Shown here one piece after another: positions 61,084 to 64,000 of a stretch of 64,000 nt of DNA (positions are counted from its first letter, which is position 1; the number at the start of each line of letters is the position of its first letter). The translations under genes were made by a program, and so were the position numbers. Below the pieces are notes generated by a model. That model searched no databases. It was not told where the DNA came from and worked only from the letters and a program-made list of their open reading frames with translations. This DNA is from Takakia lepidozioides. Taxonomy: Eukaryota > Plantae > Bryophyta. The stretch covers positions 50,406,001-50,470,000 of the forward strand of contig CM060731.1 in NCBI GenBank assembly GCA_030704615.1, in the 5' to 3' direction.

Positions 61084-62616
61084 TCCTGCCCTCCTCCTTT
61101 CAAGCTTCATTCAATTCCTCTCAGTGTTTCTGCAAGTGTTTATCCTTATCCACAGCTGTCTCCTTAATCAACCCAACACAAACCTAATTAGACACCCATC
61201 TGCACAGACAGCCAAGAAGTAGGCACTGGCAGGTCCGTGCTTTGCTCTACTAGCATGTGTAGGGAACAGCGACCTCCATCTCTGTCAACAAAACGAGTGC
61301 CACGCAAACACATTAGAGGATGATGCATATGGAGCTCGTAAAAGCCAGCATAAATAGAACGTGACGATGCAGCAGGAAAAGAAAGAAACAAAATAATGAA
61401 CTTATACGAAAGTGGAGAGGAGAGTAAAAGGAGAAAGATTGCGAAAAAAGGCTCAAGATCAAGAAGAAGTTGTCAAGAATGGATGTCCGGAAATAAAAAA
61501 CCGGCGAGAGCCTAAGTACGGCACCTCCCGCATGAGAAACGAAGAAAGATGAACGACTAGAGCACACAATCAGTGAGCCACACAAATTAGATACAAGTTC
61601 ACAAGAACCAACACAGTGTTACATACCGAAAAGAAAAAGTAATAAAGATAAGGACAAAGATGGAGCAGATGAAGAATCGCTGGCGATGTAGAGGACCGAG
61701 CACGGAGAGATGACAAGCAGCAGGGCAACAAACGAGCTCTTGCACTAAGTTAGTAATGCCGCAATGAGCAGATCACTCCACCACAAAGAGACACAGAGAA
61801 TGAAAAGTTCTCAGGCCAGCCACAAGTCCTCGCTACTTCCGAGAGAGAGAGAGAGAGAGAGAAGAAAAACGCAAAACAACAACAGACCGAAAAACGAGAG
61901 AAAAGGATAGGGCTGAAAGTAACCCTGGGTTGACCCCGGTTACCATCGCGTCTGTTTTGGACTTTGGACGTACCTCTAACTTATGCTCTAATTGTTTTAT
62001 GTACTTATCTCACAGTGTTTTATGCATACAGGCTCTTTGGTTTCTCTATGGCAAAGGGAGATGCGACTTCTCCACATCAACAGTCGAACTAGCGTATGGG
62101 GATTTGAGCCCCGAACCACTGAGTCCTAACCACGAGCGCCACGCTTAAGCCAGATTGTAAACTGAGCGCTTTATAAAAAGCGGCCCCGTTTCGGCCACGT
62201 GGCCCCACGACCGGCTCTGCGCCGGGTTCGTTGTCTGGGGTTGGGGAACTGGCCCGGAAACCGGATACCCCCGGTCATCATACTGCTACAACCGGCTATC
62301 CGGAGTGGTAAAGAGGCGGATTTCAGGCTAACGATTTCCACGTGTCGTCAAGCGACTTGCTTATTTGAATTATGTACCTGTACTGTCTTGGCTTTGGGAC
62401 ATTTTGGAAGGCGGGACCCATTAGAAAGGGTCCTTTTGGCCCTTTTCCGTCCGGACCTTCAACCAGTAAGTACACGTTGACACGCCGCCCCTCTTCTTCT
62501 TCATCGTCACCGTCCTTGGATCGATCTGCCATGGACTCCAACGAAGCTCGTTCCCTTCTGTGGAGGTGTGCCGAGTACCTTGACAAGATCGTTTTGAAGG
62601 TGGGAAGAATCCAAGC

Positions 62617-62772
<156 letters not shown>

Positions 62773-63261
62773 GAAAAGACAGAACAGTACAGAACAAAAA
62801 ACGTGCCTCCCACACACGGAGCGAGCAAAGTTTGATCTGGGTATCCTCCACCTGTTTCACTCATTACACAATCTGTCATCCAAGGGTGTCGATGAATGGA
62901 ATCGGTATAGCCCTAGCATAGTCATGTACTGTATCAGGTATTGAAGAATATGGTTTGTAGACAGAACTTGTAGGTACAACTGGTTAAATAATTTGATATG
63001 ACAAGTTTCTGTTGTGTCCACTGTGACGGCGTTGGCCAGTGCGCACATAAGAAAGCCATCTTGTGTTGGGTTCGAATCCCGGTGGGTGTGCAGCCGGCGC
63101 CTGCAGCACCCTCAGAGGTGTTGCCACAGCGCTGTTGGGCAAATAATGTTATTACTATATGAAATGCTGTGTTGGGGCAACTTCAAATTCAAAAGCCCTA
63201 GATAGTGTCGAGGTTGGTGGGATTGAGTTTGATGAGGAATACTTCATAAAGACGACTATGG

Positions 63262-63410
63262 AGAAGCACATGGAGATAACAAGAGAGTTTTACACATATA
63301 TATGTAATGTTTTTTCAAGTGTAATGCGGTGTAGAGAAGCACAGAGAGATAACAAGAGAGAGTTTTACACATATACATGTAATGTTTTTTCAAGTGTAAT
63401 GCGGCGTAGT
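63262..63410 (+). repeat. Two-copy tandem duplication of about 73 bp
   Basis: agaagcaca..gagataacaagagag..ttttacacatata..tgtaatgttttttcaagtgtaatgcgg occurs twice. Confidence 0.8.
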
Positions 63411-63674
63411 CAGCAACTCTCATGCGGAACACCATTTTCACTGATTATGGGTCTTACCGTTGTAACCAATGATATAACGGGACCTTGTCCAAGGAATAAC
63501 AGTATACTAGTTGAGATTGAGAAGAGCGAGGTAGGAGGACCTTGGCACTCAGGATGGTAGTCAAGTAAACTATTCTATCGCATGACATTTGCGAATCAGT
63601 GTCAAACAACTAAGCTTTCCAGCCATCTCGTGACAATGAACTAATATAATCTGACATCTGGCAGAGTCCACTAT

Positions 63675-64000
63675 CTAGTACTATTGATTGCGCGAAGAGA
63701 TACTTTGATCTTTGGGGGTTAGAGGCTAATGTCAGCAAATGTGCAGTGGTAGCATTCAACGACAGAGGAGAGGGAGGAAGTGATCTTGTGGCAGTGGGGT
63801 AGCCAAGAGATCCCGGTCCTCCCTTCCTACACTTACTTGGGCGTTGAGTTTTCCTCCGATTGTAGTTGGGATGCACATATCCGGAAAGTTGTTCAAACTG
63901 GCAAGGGCAAAGCTCTGGGGCTCACTAAATTTTTCCACTGCAGAGGGGGCAACTCTTACGTTAAGAAAACCATGCTTTGTCGTGTTATTAGACCTGCCTT
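63675..64000 (+). mobile_element. Non-LTR retrotransposon RT C-terminal fragment running off the window
   Basis: YFDLWGLEANVSKCAVVAF..YTYLGVEFSSDCSWDAHI..VIRPA: N.SKC and YLG motifs of LINE RT. Confidence 0.75.

Overview
Repeat-rich nuclear DNA from a land plant, most likely a moss: the genes have GT-AG introns, the NF-YB N-terminus is moss-like, and PLS-PPR remnants are abundant. Two intact host genes lie on the minus strand: an 18-exon PRP19/MAC3 U-box/WD40 splicing factor (30607-37272) and a 2-exon NF-YB (59688-61083). The rest is decayed genes and nested transposons. The most unusual block (about 4.8-13.5 kb, minus strand) is an intron-containing, now disrupted gene joining a ParB/Srx-like domain (WDGNH motif) to a beta-class N6A/N4C-type methyltransferase domain. 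An array of about 38 x 116 bp units, each with a 36-bp palindrome, lies directly 5' of the ParB exon and appears to fill a 4.5-kb intron of that gene. About 8 kb further on, a Ty3/gypsy polyprotein carries a C5-cytosine DNA methyltransferase between protease and RT. Also present: PPR fragments interleaved with OSB-type PDF motifs, captured HAK/KUP exons, a full-length chromovirus with a probable self-priming PBS, a PIF/Harbinger element, nested hAT MITEs sharing one target site, tRNA-derived SINEs and LINE remnants. All domain calls come from motif recognition by eye; no searches were run.
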